Below, piece after piece: positions 36,496 to 48,287 of a DNA stretch of 64,000 bases. Positions within the stretch are counted from its first letter, which is position 1. Every line of letters starts with the position of its first letter. Position numbers and translations under genes: made by a program. Below the pieces are notes generated by a model that had not been told where the DNA came from, ran no database searches, and was given only the letters and a program-made list of their open reading frames with translations. This DNA comes from Hyaloraphidium curvatum SAG 235-1 (taxonomy: Eukaryota > Fungi > Monoblepharomycota): the NCBI GenBank assembly GCA_025558095.1, contig JAIVFI010000017.1:310001-374000 (forward strand). The letters are read 5' to 3'.

Positions 36496-37663
36496 ATGGC
36501 TGCGGCCTTCAGCGTGTGCCATCGCATGTCCCTTTTCGGATCGAGCCCTTCGTTGGCAACCAGGCTGACGGCCGTGCGGCCGGCGGACTGCACCCTGCGA
36601 CCTTTGAGGACGGTGGCTGCCCGGAACCGCGTCGCTTCTGGCCCTGCTAGGCGGCGGCAACAGGATGCGCGGGCATTGAGCCAGGCGGCGCCTGCAACAG
36701 CAGAGCAGAGCCACGTGCCGATATCGGAGGACATTCTCAACACCATCGTGCGACCGTACCAGTCGCAGGAGCCCGCCCTGCCGCGCATCTTGCCGGAGGT
36801 CGTCGTGAACGCGCCCACCATCGTCACGCAGAAGGATCCCGTGCCGTTTGTCAAAGGCATCATCGATAGAACGAGTGGGTTTCGCCCTCTCGTGCCTCAC
36901 GACGCCCTCGTGTGACCGCTTGTCGCCGCAGAGCTTTCGAAGGTCACCAAGATCCAGGCGCTTGTGAACAGCTGGCTTACCGGGAAGCCGTTCGGCATCA
37001 TCGAGCTGGACAAGCGGATATTCGGGGCGGAGCCGAGGCCCGACATCCTCCATCGCGTCGTCGTCTGGCAGCACAACATGATGCGATCCGGGACGGCCAA
37101 CACGCAGACTCGAGGGTCGGCACGTGGCTCCAACAGGAAGATTCGCCCGCAAAAGGGCAGCGGTATGGCACGGCTCGGTCACCGCCGATCACCCATGCTT
37201 GCCAAAGGTGCGTCTCTCTTGCAGCGCCTTTCAGTCCGTTCCAGCCTAACGCACTTTCCTCGCGTGCGCCTTAGGTGGACGGGCGTTTGGACCAAAGCCT
37301 CGGAATCCGACGACAAAGATCCAGCGCAAGGTGGTGGAACTGGGGAAGCGCGTGGCGCTTTCCGCCAAGTACGCGCAGCGCCAGATGCTCGTCGTGGACT
37401 CGCTCTCGATGCCGACCAGCGAAACTGCGGTTTTGAGGAAGGCACTCGCGGACAATGGGCTCACGGGGCGCATGGTGCTCCTCGTCTACGGGAACGAGGA
37501 GCCCGAGGTCAACCTCATCCAGGCGGCCCTCCCTTACCGCCGGGTGCTCCCCATTGCCGCGCGTGACGTGGACGTTTTCAACATCCTGAAGTACGACACG
37601 GTCGTGCTGGACACTGACGCTGTGGTGGTTCTGGAGGAGATGCTCGGAAAGCACCTCAAGTAG
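36496..37663 (+). CDS. YML6: Mitochondrial ribosomal protein uL4m
   Basis: Presequence; RPDILHRVVVW, GTANTQTR, RKIRPQKGSGMARLG, GGRAFGPKP. Confidence 0.92.
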
Positions 37664-37832
37664 ACGGCAACGACGATTGGGCTTGTATAGCGTAGCTCAT
37701 TCAGATGCCGATGACTCCATTCAGCCCTCTTCCTTCCCGCATGGTTGCTACAGGCGCCCGCGGCGGCGAAGACTGCCATCGAGTTTGTCCGGAGTGCGTT
37801 GCAGGCAAAGGTCCACGCATCGCCGCATCGTG

Positions 37833-38113
37833 TCACTTCTTGTGTGCCTCCTTCTCGGCCAGAGCCTTCTGCCGTTGGTGCTCTTGCCGGACAATCTCTA
37901 GCCGCGCGAGCTGGTGACGGATGGCGTGAGCGGTCGACGCGAGAAGCACGGGAACGCGCCCACCTCCTTCCGGTGGAAAAGGCACTCCTGGTAGTCCTCG
38001 TACTGCAACCGGCAATCCTCCGGGTGGTCCGCGTTGGCATAGCACTTTGCGAACTCCTGCCAGAATGGGAAGCAGCGTCCCCGCCCTCCCTTAAGGCCGA
38101 ACCCGGAGCTCAT
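37833..38113 (-). CDS. NDUFS5: Complex I 15 kDa subunit NDUFS5
   Basis: MSSGFGLKGGRGRCFPFWQEFAKCY...C...EDYQECLFHRKE (twin CX9C). Confidence 0.92.
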
Positions 38114-38373
38114 GGTGGCGACCGCTCGCACGCGAGATGCGGCCCGAGAGTCCTAATCCAGTCCGGAAAACCGTTCCAAGGCAACGGCACTGCGGCGTCC
38201 TCGGCCGAGCGCGATGCTCTCGTCACGCAGCGACGATGCTGGTGGGTGATGGCGTCGCGCCAGCGCTGCCGGAGTCCGACTTCGACTGGAGCCCAACACG
38301 ACTTCACGGACTGCAGCGGCTTTCAACTCAACCTCCCGGGATGCTGACTAGGGTATCGATACTACATTCTAAT

Positions 38374-39316
38374 CTAGTCATCAAGATTGCCTTCTTCACA
38401 CATAAGCACGTACTCCCTTGTCGAAGAGCCGAACTTGATGCTGGCAAGGCGATCGTCAGACTAGCAACGAAGCGGAAGTCCAGGGCAAAACTGACACGTC
38501 TCCTTCCTTGAGCTCGAAGTACCGTGCTGCCGGGATCTGGGAGCCGTTTACGAAGACGCCGTTCGTGGACTCGAGATCGATGATGTAAGGCCTGGGCAAA
38601 TCAGCAACTGGGATCCGCTGGCGACCAACGAGAGCCTTACTTGGTCATCTTCTTGGTATCTCCAAATTCGTTCTTTTCCACTATCTGCCTGAACTGGAGC
38701 ACGGCGTGCTGCTTTGAGCATGACGGGTGGTCGACTGGGATGTCCACCACCAGTCTCTCGCGGCCTATCAGATAGGCGCTTTGGCGATGGATGTGAAGGA
38801 GATCTGAAAGCGGCCCCCGTGATGCTCGGTTCGCTGGCAACCGCGAGAGCAAAGAGACTTGCCAACTTGCTCCTTCCCCTTGAAGACGTAGAGTCTCCAC
38901 TTCTTTGTCGGCTTCCTCGCCTCGGGCGGCTCCCCGTACTTTATGACAACGCCTTTGTAGGAGTTTTGTTCCGCGGCCAGCAGTCCAGACGCCCCGTAGT
39001 TTGGCTTCTCTTTCGCCGGAGGCCCGTCCTTCCCCGCAGAGCCCTCGCGGGCCACACGGCCACCATCGTCCCCCTTGGACATCAAAGGCATCAGATTGGG
39101 ATTGTCCTTGCCCCCCTGGGGCCGCGGCGGAGGCAGCTCCCGCTCCCGACGGCCTCCGCCGTCGACCTTTGTCTGGTTGTAATCGCGGTCCCTGCTACGG
39201 CTCCGGGAACGGCTGGGGGACCGCCGGCGGCCACGGTCTCGAGGAGGACTGGCACTTCTCCGCGACCGCGGACTCCGTCGCCGCTCATCCCGGTCCCGAG
39301 ATCTTCTGCGGTCCAT
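38374..39316 (-). CDS. PML1: RES-complex FHA protein Pml1/SNIP1
   Basis: RS-rich N-terminus, KPNYGASGLLAAE, YGEPPEARKP..WRLYVFKG, HPSCSKQHAVLQFR, DLESTNG, STREYVL. Confidence 0.93.
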
Positions 39317-39480
39317 TGCGAATAGAGCGTGAATCCGCGAACCTCTGAGATGCACACTCATCGATTCCGGGCCCGGGCGAGCGAGCTAGTTTGCATCCTT
39401 GCAGTGGGCACAGGTGCCAATAGGACGGGATCGAGCTGCTCTATTGCGTTCCCTGCGCTTTGGTGGTCCTGGTCCTCCCC

Positions 39481-39934
39481 ATGTCGCCATTACATCAAAG
39501 CTTCATGAAAATACTCCTCCTGCGGAACACCATGCCACTGAGAAGTCCTTCCGCGGGTATCAGACACGTCAGGGAATCGTTGCGAGGGTGATCTAGAGCT
39601 TCGGCGCAGGAACGAGATCGTGAGCGATTGGAAGGCCCGAACACGATCTTCTCCCTCCACTGCTGATCTGTGCACTGAGGCACATCGCCCTGCACCAACG
39701 GTATTGGAAAGGCCATTTGTTTCAAGGAAGCGCTTTGCCGGCAAACTGGCTATCTCTTTGTTTCCGGGCGTAGGGCGTCCACATGGATCGTCGTTGTGGA
39801 GATCTGGCAGCTCCTCCACTGCCGGTCCAGAACGGCGTGAACCGCGCGAGCAAGAGATCCGCCACCTCAGACGCCGCAAGATCGAGGGACCGGGCGTCGA
39901 AAGTAGGATCGGTCCCGTTCCAGTTGATCAATAG
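39481..39934 (+). CDS. Possible small spliced hypothetical gene
   Basis: Open frame to the stop at 39934 and a plausible intron (gtgagc...ctgat...ag). It fills a gap between two minus-strand genes. No homology recognised. Confidence 0.25.
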
Positions 39935-39958
39935 GCACAGATGGCATGAAGCACATTG

Positions 39959-41353
39959 TCACTGCTTCGCCATCAGCAGATATGCGTCGTAGAAGTTGTT
40001 CAAGAATGTCACTCCGTTCTGATGAGAAAGCGTTAGATGCCAGATGACCGTGATGGCCGCTTGTCAGAAAACGCTCACCGTCAAGAGGTGCACTGCACGT
40101 CCTGAACGACGGCGAGCAGAACGTGAGTGCCAGCTGGGGACAGCGGGCCGACCATGAACGCTACCTTGCACCTCCAGCTTCGAAAGCGATCCTTTGGGAG
40201 CCGCTGGTGGCAGCGCTTCGATGCACAGGAAAAAGTCCGCGAGGGACCGCAGCGGGACGCCGGGAGCCCACGGCGGCATCTGAGTTGGCACAACCGGGGG
40301 AGGCATTCCAAAAGGCAGCATGGGTTGAGGAGGGAAGCCGTAAGGCGATGCTGGGGGCTGTTCGGAACCCGTCATTAGACGTGCGCGTGAGCAGCAGCTC
40401 CGAAAGCCTTACCGGCGGCTGCATTCCGTAGGGGGGGAGCTGATGTGGAAGAGGCCCGATCGGCAGCTGCGGTGCAGGCATCCCGGGCATTGGCAACTGT
40501 TGCGGCCCTTGCGGAACGATCCCGGAAGGCAATCGCACGGGCAAGTCGTTTGCCAGAGGGCCGGCCGAGGCCGGAGGCACGGTTGGAGAGGTGGTGTAGA
40601 AGGGTCCGGGCTGCACCGAAGCATGATCGTGCTCCTCCTTTGCCCGTCGCAGCAGCGAGAGGAGGTCCAGACCGGCGTTGACGGTCGACTTTGGCATCGA
40701 GGGCTGGGTGTTTCCGATCTGCTTGCAGAGGCTGCAGCGACGGAGTTCGAATCCCCGTTAAAGCCACGCCGTGAAGAGCAGCAAGACTGCCCACTCTTGG
40801 ATAAGGTTCCCTATCCGGTTGCGGTCCTTGACCTCCGAAATCCACAGGCCGTACGTGTGGTCTAAGCATGTGCCCAACGGGAGCTTCAGATATCCATGGC
40901 GGAGACGACAAGTCAAGGCCGACACCGACCGTCGCCCGTTTTGTAGATAACGTAGTCTCCGGTGACGTCAATGTCCATCTCCGAGGACAGGGACGCCGAG
41001 AAGTTGTTCAGGTTCGATCGGTTGATAATAAAGAAGCCGTAGGGAGGATCCCGCGTGCTCCGTGTGACAAACATGGTCCCCTCGACTTGCACTTTGTCCT
41101 TAGTCGTCGGGGAAAGGCGCAATGGAAAGCGTGGCGAGGGAGCAGCGAAGAGGCGTCAGCTCCGCCGCCCAGAGACCGTGCGACGCGGGACGCGTGGTCA
41201 CGGCGCGGTGCGGACGCGCCTCACCCAAGCTTCCTTCTCGTCGTCGAAGCGGTAGACCACCACGTGGCTCGCCGCGTCGAGGATGTCGGCGATTTGGGGG
41301 TCATGCCGCTGCAGCACGCGCAGGTTGGCGGTCTTCTTGGCTACGGGGTCCAT
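39959..41353 (-). CDS. DCP1: mRNA decapping subunit Dcp1 (EVH1, Pro-rich linker, C-terminal trimerisation helix)
   Basis: NLRVLQRHDPQIADILDAASHVVVYRF..W, VEGTMFV, YGFFIINR; terminal FLNNFYDAYL. Confidence 0.92.
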
Positions 41354-41875
41354 CGTGCCATGCAATGTCCCGAAACCGCGTCGCTGCCGGCAGAAGCGGG
41401 CCCCTGGAGGCGGGATTCGCGGAAGGGCCGGGTGTTTGGGTGCGCCAAAGGCTTTACTGCAAAAGGTTACACGCGGGTTCGCGCAAATACACAAACGGCC
41501 TCCTTGCCAATCGACGCTCTCATTCGGTCGCCAAACCTCGTGTGAGCATTGGGTGCGGTTGGGGCCGCTATTCGGCGGCAGCGTGGCGAGCTTGGGATCC
41601 GCTGTCGACCGGCGGGAGCTGCGGCGGGGCCTGTGCCGGAGGTTGCGACGGGGCGCGGAGCGGCCCACCTGCTCCGGAGAGGGCTCTTCTCGCTGCCGGG
41701 TCGGCCAACCTCTTGCGATGGCTGTGGCCATGCTTTCGGCTCGCTGCTGGGCATCGTGTTTTGGCGGTGGTTTCTTGCTGGGCTCGTTTCTTACCGAGTG
41801 TCGCCTCATGTCCTTGCCTCCTCGCTCGCCCCGCATCTCCCGCCCATCAAGTCTTGAGAGTTTGGAGGCGTCGGG

Positions 41876-42611
41876 ATGAGGCACAACAACCAGCTCCCGA
41901 ATGCCCACTTCCGCAAGCTCTGGCAGGAGCGGGTGAAGACCCACTTCGACCAGGTTGGTTCCGCCGGGCTCGGCGCCTTCGGACACCTCTGACACGGAAT
42001 GCCCCATTAGCCCGGCCGCAAGAAGCGGCGGCGAGCTGCCCGTGCCGCCAAGGCTGCCCGGATCGCCCCCCGCCCCGTTGACGGCCTCCTGCGCCCCGCT
42101 GTCCGCGGTCAAACCGTCAAGTACAACACCAAGCTCCGCGCCGGCCGTGGGTTCACCCTGGACGAGCTGAAGGCCGCCGGCATCCGTCGCAAGGAGGCCC
42201 GGTCCATCGGCATCGCCGTCGACCACCGGAGGAAGAACCGGAGCGAGGAGTCGCTGGCCATGAACGTCGAGCGCCTGAAGGAGTACAAGAGCAAGCTCAT
42301 CGTGTTCCCCAAGCGCGCCGGCAAGGCGAAGAAGGGCGACGCCTCGGCCGAGGAGATCAAGGAGGCCACCCAGCTCAAGGGCAAGCTCTTCCCCATCGTC
42401 GCGGCCGCCGTGGAGCAGGAGTTCGCCGCCGTGGAGTCGGCCGAGGGCCCGACTGCCTTTGCGACGTTGCGCAAGGTGCGCAGGCGATTGCAGTATCCTG
42501 GGAACGCCGCCTCACCTGTTGTTTCAGGCTTCGAACGCCGCAAAGTACAAGGGTCTGCGCGAAAAGATTGCCAAGGAGAAGGCTGCTGCCGCCGCGGATG
42601 CGGCGAAGTAG
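41876..42611 (+). CDS. RPL13: 60S ribosomal protein L13 (eL13)
   Basis: MRHNNQLPNAHFRK..WQERVKTHFDQ|PGRK, RAGRGFTLDELK, NVERLKEYKSKL. Confidence 0.98.
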
Positions 42612-42800
42612 AGGGCTCTGTATCATTCCCCTGTAAAGAATGGCTTTGCCTTGATTTCGGTTGGCGACGGTGTCGAGTCCGAGTCGCCCGCTCGACTCAA
42701 CCGACAGCATTGCAACGCACTTCGACCGACCCATACCATCGCGCCATTTCAGATTTCGAGTTGATTCAAGGCCACGCCAGCAGAATGTACATGCGCCCCT

Positions 42801-43526
42801 CTACGCGCTCTCGACCTTCTTCACCTTGCCCGCGGCGTTGGTGACCTTCACGTTCAGCTGCGCCGCCTTCTCCACGATGGCTACCCGGTTCCGCGCGGAA
42901 ACGTTGTGGGCGATCTCGGCGGCGAACACGCGGTCTGGGGAGGGACAGCAAGCGTGAGACATCCGAGCGATGGCAGATGTAGAACTAGGAACGCACTGTG
43001 CATGAGCAGGACGTCGAGCTCCTTCGCGCTGTGGATGACGAACTTCTTGAAGCCGTTGGGGAGCAGGTGCCGGGTCTTGGCGTTGGATCCATAGCTGGAG
43101 GAAGGAACAGAGATGTCCGTCAGAGGTTGTCCGTGGAGAGAGGCCGAAGTCCGCAGCTGTGTCTCGCAGGCGACGTCCATCGCCGCTCCCCCAGAACGGC
43201 GCCCCTCTTCTCTGTGACCCCGGCTCCTCCGTGCAGCAAACCCGTCTCCCATGGCGGATCGCCTAACGGCATGCCGCTCCAGAAACCCGGTGGTCCGGCC
43301 AGAGTGGCCGGGCCCACTTCATCCTCTGGCCCAGTCCACGCCAAGCAGATACCAACCCAATCTTCGGCATGGGCAGGTTGCCCTTGAACCTCCGCCGCAC
43401 CCGGTTGTCGATACCCTTCGGTTTCCGCCACGACTCCCCGACCCGCATGAAGCGGTCCGAGTGGAAGCGCGTGAAGCGCTTCGTGCGCTTCTTCACGATG
43501 GGAATGGTGTTTATCGACGTCGGCAT
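42801..43526 (-). CDS. RPL32: 60S ribosomal protein L32 (eL32)
   Basis: [52 protein letters not shown]. Confidence 0.98.
43125..43300 (-). ncRNA. Candidate intronic box H/ACA snoRNA in the RPL32 intron
   Basis: 262-nt intron with two GC-rich hairpins, an AGAGAA (ANANNA) hinge at 43208-43213 and ACA at 43128-43130 just 5' of the branch point. Confidence 0.35.
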
Positions 43527-43940
43527 CGTGGCTAATAGAACGCAACAGAAGCAGGAAAAGTCCAGAGCAGAGGCAACGGGCGTTCCAGGCAGGGTAGAGC
43601 GCCGAGGACGAGGTGCGCGGGGCGGAGGCGGGGAGAGGTCAGCGCCTGCCCGAGAAACGGCGGTGGCGAGCAGCAGCCGGCGTCACGGCAGTCTTCGCTC
43701 ACGCGCGACCGCCAGACTGCCAAGCTCGCTCGTGGAGAGACGCACCGAGTTGCAACCGGGTGAAACCGACAGGCTGGGCTGGGCTGGCGCAAAAAAATCA
43801 GACCTAAGTCAACCCCACAAAGATCGTCGATCAATCACCACCTTCCCAGCGCGAAGCCAAACACCGCACCAGCGGCGAATCTGCAAACTCAGCTCATTCA
43901 GACATCGATACATCTCATTCCGGGGTCTAAGCAGTGTGGT

Positions 43941-45094
43941 TCAGCAATTGCAGCCCGAGGTCGCGCCCGCCGGTTGCGAAGCGTCCGACTCGTTGATCCG
44001 GATGGGTTCCGGGAAATCACTGGAGCGTGCGATGAGTATCAAATCGATGAGGTCGCCGAGACGGCGCCCGGAGCCCGGACGGCCCGCGGACCGGGACCCA
44101 CATCTCAACTTCCTGCTCCTGCGCCAGCGCCATCTTCGCAATCTGTTGGAACGCCTGCTCCACGTTGATCGCCTCCTTGGCGCTCGTCTCGAAGTAGGGT
44201 ACTGGAGCGGGGCATATGGCTCAGCAAAGGAGTCCAACCACCGACCGAACCAGAAACGCACTGTTGCCCTTTGCCTGGCACCACGTCATCGCCCGCTTCG
44301 TCGACACCTGACGATGGACCGCAAAAGCGGTATCAGAAAAAGTCCAGGGCCGCCAAATCGTTGACCGCGGCCTCCCGCACCTGCCGCCGGCCCTCCTCCA
44401 TGTCGATCTTGTTCCCGAGAACGACGAACGGGAAGTTGTCGGGATCCCGGGGTCCGGCCTGCGTCAGGAATTCGTCCCTCCAGCTATCCAACGCCTCGAA
44501 GCTCTTGACGTTGTTCACGTCAAACACGAGGACGCAGCAGTCGGCCCCGCGATAGAAAGCCACGCCGAGCGACTGGAACCGTTCCTGGCCTGGAAGTGGC
44601 GGAACGACGGCCGATGTCAGCCGTCCATTCCCAACTCGCCCCGCGGAGCGAATGGCCGCGAACCTGCAGTGTCCCAGATCTGTGGAACACAGGTCAGTGC
44701 TCCCGAGGCAAACGAGCGGCCGGCAAGCGCAACTCGCCTGCATGGTAATGAGCCTGTCCTCCACCATGACCTCCTTGGTCAGGAAGTCCGCCCCGATGGT
44801 CGCCTTGTACTGGTTGGAGAACTTCTTGTTCACATACTCTGCGAGACCCCGGCGCGTCCAATGGCCCCCGTCAGCCTCCGCGCCGCTATCGGAAGGGAGC
44901 CTCCGGCAAATGTGCCGCGTTCAATGCTCACGGTTCATCAAAGACGTCTTGCCGACGCCGCTGTATCATCGAGGAGCGCAAGGGCGTCGCGGCAGCGGGA
45001 TTGAGCGGGTGGCCCGGAGCGCTGCCGCCGGGCTTCCTCACGAGTCTCCGAGGATAATCGCCTTTAGGAGCGCTTTGCGCCTGCCGCCCGACAT
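43941..45094 (-). CDS. YPT7: Rab7 GTPase
   Basis: [53 protein letters not shown]-terminal CNC. Confidence 0.97.
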
Positions 45095-45367
45095 CGCGGA
45101 AAGCCAAGCGTTGCGGGTCCGGAGGTCAGGTGTTGTGCGACTGCCTGTCGGCGATCCCGGCCACAGCACTCCGTCGCGCTGGCGTCGCTTCCGACCGAAC
45201 GCCTCGGGGAACAGTACTCATCAAGATTAGGAAAGTAGGAATGCATCAGAAGTACACATCATTGGCTACGAGCATCTGGTCTGGGTCGACCATGGCGGGC
45301 CCAGTCCACATTCAAATCTACGAAACCGCCTCCTCCCAAGAACGTCAAGAAAAGCAAGGAGACGGCT

Positions 45368-46551
45368 CTACATCAGAGCGTGCCTCCACAGCGGCCTCTC
45401 GGCCTCGGTGCGCTTCTTGTTCAGGGAACGGATGAAGTCGACCAGGGAGAAGCCACGCTGCGATCGGTGTTCCGTCAGCACGATGCCGGAGATCGGCTTG
45501 CTGCGACAACCAACCTTGACGCGAGCGCTTCCACCAGCGCCGCCAGAGCCACCGGCCCCTCCGCCAGAGCCACCGGCGCCACCGGAGCCGCCACTGCCGC
45601 CCGAACCACTTGAGCTGCCGCCCTGCTGCTGAGCCAGGTTCGACAGGCTAGTGAGGAGCTGAGGCGTCGTGATGTTGAGGTAGTACAAGGGGGTAACGGG
45701 GCTGACGGAAAGTGGATCGTGAGCACCGGGCGGCCCCGACCGCTGCAGCTGTACGCACTACTGGATCGCGTAGACGATGCCGTTTGAGACGCGCCTGCCC
45801 TCGTAGGGGGGGAGGATGTCGGCGTCGTTGAGCGTGTAGTTACCTCCCTCGGTAGCCGTGATGGTGAGGTTGGCGTAGCGGAGGACGGACTCGACGGTCT
45901 CATTCTGCCCGGGCTGCACCGAGGTGATCTCGATCGTGCCGTTGGCGACGTGGTAGGCTGCGTGCGGTCAGCGTCGTCGAACACGTCAGTTTTGCAGCGG
46001 CGACTTACCCAGAAGCGGCGTGACCACGCCGGTCAGGTTCCTTCCCTGAAGGCTCTGGAGGAGCTGCTGCGGGTTCGAGATGTTCTGGGCCAGCTGGGCA
46101 GTGGCTGCGAAAGGGGAACGGGTCAGTGGAGGAGGAGACCAGCGACAGGGTGTCGACGCACTCTGGTCAAAGGGCACGAACACCGTGAGGGTCTGCGACG
46201 GGTCGCGGAGCAGCTCCTCGACTTGGGGCGCTTGCTGGAGCAGCTGCGTGAAGAGCGTGTAGTTGCCTGGAAGCCGAGAAGGTCAGTTCCACAGCGTCGA
46301 AGGGTCGCCGGCATTCGCACGAGGCGCCCTTGGCCGAAGAGGCGCCACCACCCAAGGAGGCGTCGCCCACGACTCAGGCAGCGAGCTGTTGTCGCCGCAG
46401 CGGCTCCTCGACACCCACCGGCCCCGCTGATGAAGTCGTAGGCGGTGTCCCCCCCTTGCTGAGTCGCGGGCTGCCGGGCCCAGAGGTGGGCGGGCGAGGC
46501 CGCAGCGGCGCCGACGCAGAGCGCCAGGACGAGGGCAAGCAGCGAGCGCAT
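45368..46551 (-). CDS. Secreted fasciclin (FAS1)-domain-like protein with a Gly/Ser linker; many exons
   Basis: Signal peptide MRSLLALVLALCVGAAAA; TLTVFVP motif; D.LP..SNGIVYAI (FAS1 H1/H2-like); GGSGG repeat. Confidence 0.7.
45530..45620 (-). repeat. Coding (GGS/GGA)n low-complexity linker
   Basis: GGSSSGSGGSGGSGGAGGSGGGAGGSGGAGGS. Confidence 0.8.
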
Positions 46552-47311
46552 CCTTGTCGCGGTCCTGAGGCGGAGGGAGCCGACGGGGGGGCGGGGGAAC
46601 GGAGGGTGATGGGCGACGCCTTTGCGGCTTTGCTGGGCCCGGATTGGCCTAATGTGCCGAAAACGGTGACGTGTCGTCCCCCAGCCACCGCGGGCTTGGT
46701 GCGCCATCGTCCCCGCACCACCGTCCTCCCCACACCGCAGTCACGCGACCTCTCTCCCCCCCGAATCCCCCCTCCGTGCCGCGGGCACGCCGCCGGACAA
46801 GGTGCGTTCTGGCGCCGCGGCAGCTCCGCAGGCCGCCGCCGTCGCCCACGACGCTGGACACCCTTATCGAACTCGTCCCTCGCAGTCCCCCGGCTGATTC
46901 CGCTCGCGCCATTCCGTCCGGGAAGCCTCGGCAGCGCGATCCAGGAGCCTGCGCACGGCATTTTCACCCTAGGTAAGCGTGCCGGCGATGCCTATGGCAG
47001 CGGGAGGCCCGGGAAGGCGTGGTGGAGAGGGTACGGCGCTCCGCGGAACCCCCGGCTTCCGGCCCTGCTCTGGTGGCGGCTCCTGCCGACGCCCGCTCCC
47101 GCGGTCCATGATACAATCGCTGGCCGTGGTGCTGCGCTCGTTCCTGGAACCTGACGGGGCAACGGTTCTGGGGACGGCCTCTTCCTTGGATTGCTGGCGC
47201 CCGCGCCCGGCCTAGTCATTCACCCGTCGCTAACGGCAATTCCTGTTCCTTTTCAGATTGTGAATCGACTTTTTCATCGAATTCATCCTCGGAGCCTTCA
47301 GCGGCGTCCCA

Positions 47312-47671
47312 ATGGCAACGCCCATCAACATCCCCGGCGCAAAGGCCGGCGGCGCCTCGTACACCGGCAACATCAGCAGTTCCTATGCTTTCCACACCTC
47401 CGGATCCTCTGCGGCATCGGGGAACACCTCCTCGACGGCCCAGATGTCTTCCTCCGCTCCCCAGTTCCACCGCTTCGAAGAGGACGTGTGCTCCAGCCCG
47501 GCATACATGCGGACGATCAGATTCTCCTCGGGATTCCTCTGGGACGAGCACGTGCTCTCTCCGCGGCGATCCTACATGCGCAGCGGGGCGGCGGCGGCGG
47601 CGGAAACGCGGGAGGAGGTGCAGGTGGCGGAGATCAAGCTGGATGACGCAGATAAGCTGCTGCCCTCGTAG
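47312..47671 (+). CDS. Small uncharacterised protein (119 aa) preceded by a probable 5'-UTR intron (about 46973-47257)
   Basis: MATPINIP...FSSGFLWDEHV...VQVAEIKLDDADKLLPS with coding-like codon bias. Upstream gtaagc...gctaac...tttcag. Confidence 0.75.
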   Translation: MATPINIPGAKAGGASYTGNISSSYAFHTSGSSAASGNTSSTAQMSSSAPQFHRFEEDVCSSPAYMRTIRFSSGFLWDEHVLSPRRSYMRSGAAAAAETREEVQVAEIKLDDADKLLPS

Positions 47672-48287
47672 CGCTCGACGTTGCTCCTGCTTGCGCGGGG
47701 CTTCGCTCGCGAACTTGCTTTCATTGCTGGTGTGCGGTCGGGCGGGGTTACTTGTTCACGGTTCGAGTATGGGGAGAGGTAGCTAGGTGCACGAAGCTTT
47801 CTGTTCTTGATCGTAGAGAGTAGTTTATGCTTTCGATCTATTCGGTCCCCTTGCAGCCGCCCGCCGTATGATCTTTGGGCGAAGGAGGGGCGGCCGGGGC
47901 CAAGCACCGGCCCATGTTGACGGCCCAACTCCGACGCCAAAGCACAACGCGTCCCCACCTCCCAGGTACGGATCTCCCTGCCGAGACTTCGCGAAGCGAA
48001 GGCCCGTATCCCGGTATTGCCGGAGCGGCGCCATATCCGGGGCCACGGGCCGGCTCCGCCTTTCCTGCGGCCGGAGCGCGGGGGCCGTGCCGGAGTGTCG
48101 CAAACCGCATTGCCTCATGCGGCGAGCAATCTGGCAGCGCTATGGCCGGGTGCGCCGTTTCTTAAGCTCACCTACCCTTTGTGTCCTTTTCCAGGACTCG
48201 TCCGGCGGATTGCACCAGGCCGACCCGTCGCGGGATGGGTGACCCAAGACCCCGGCACTACAACCCGCGCCAATAGCGACTGCCACA

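Noticed and set aside
47312-47671. 4E-BP homolog
   Set aside because: The N-terminal PINIP is suggestive, but there is no YxxxxL-phi or TOS motif.
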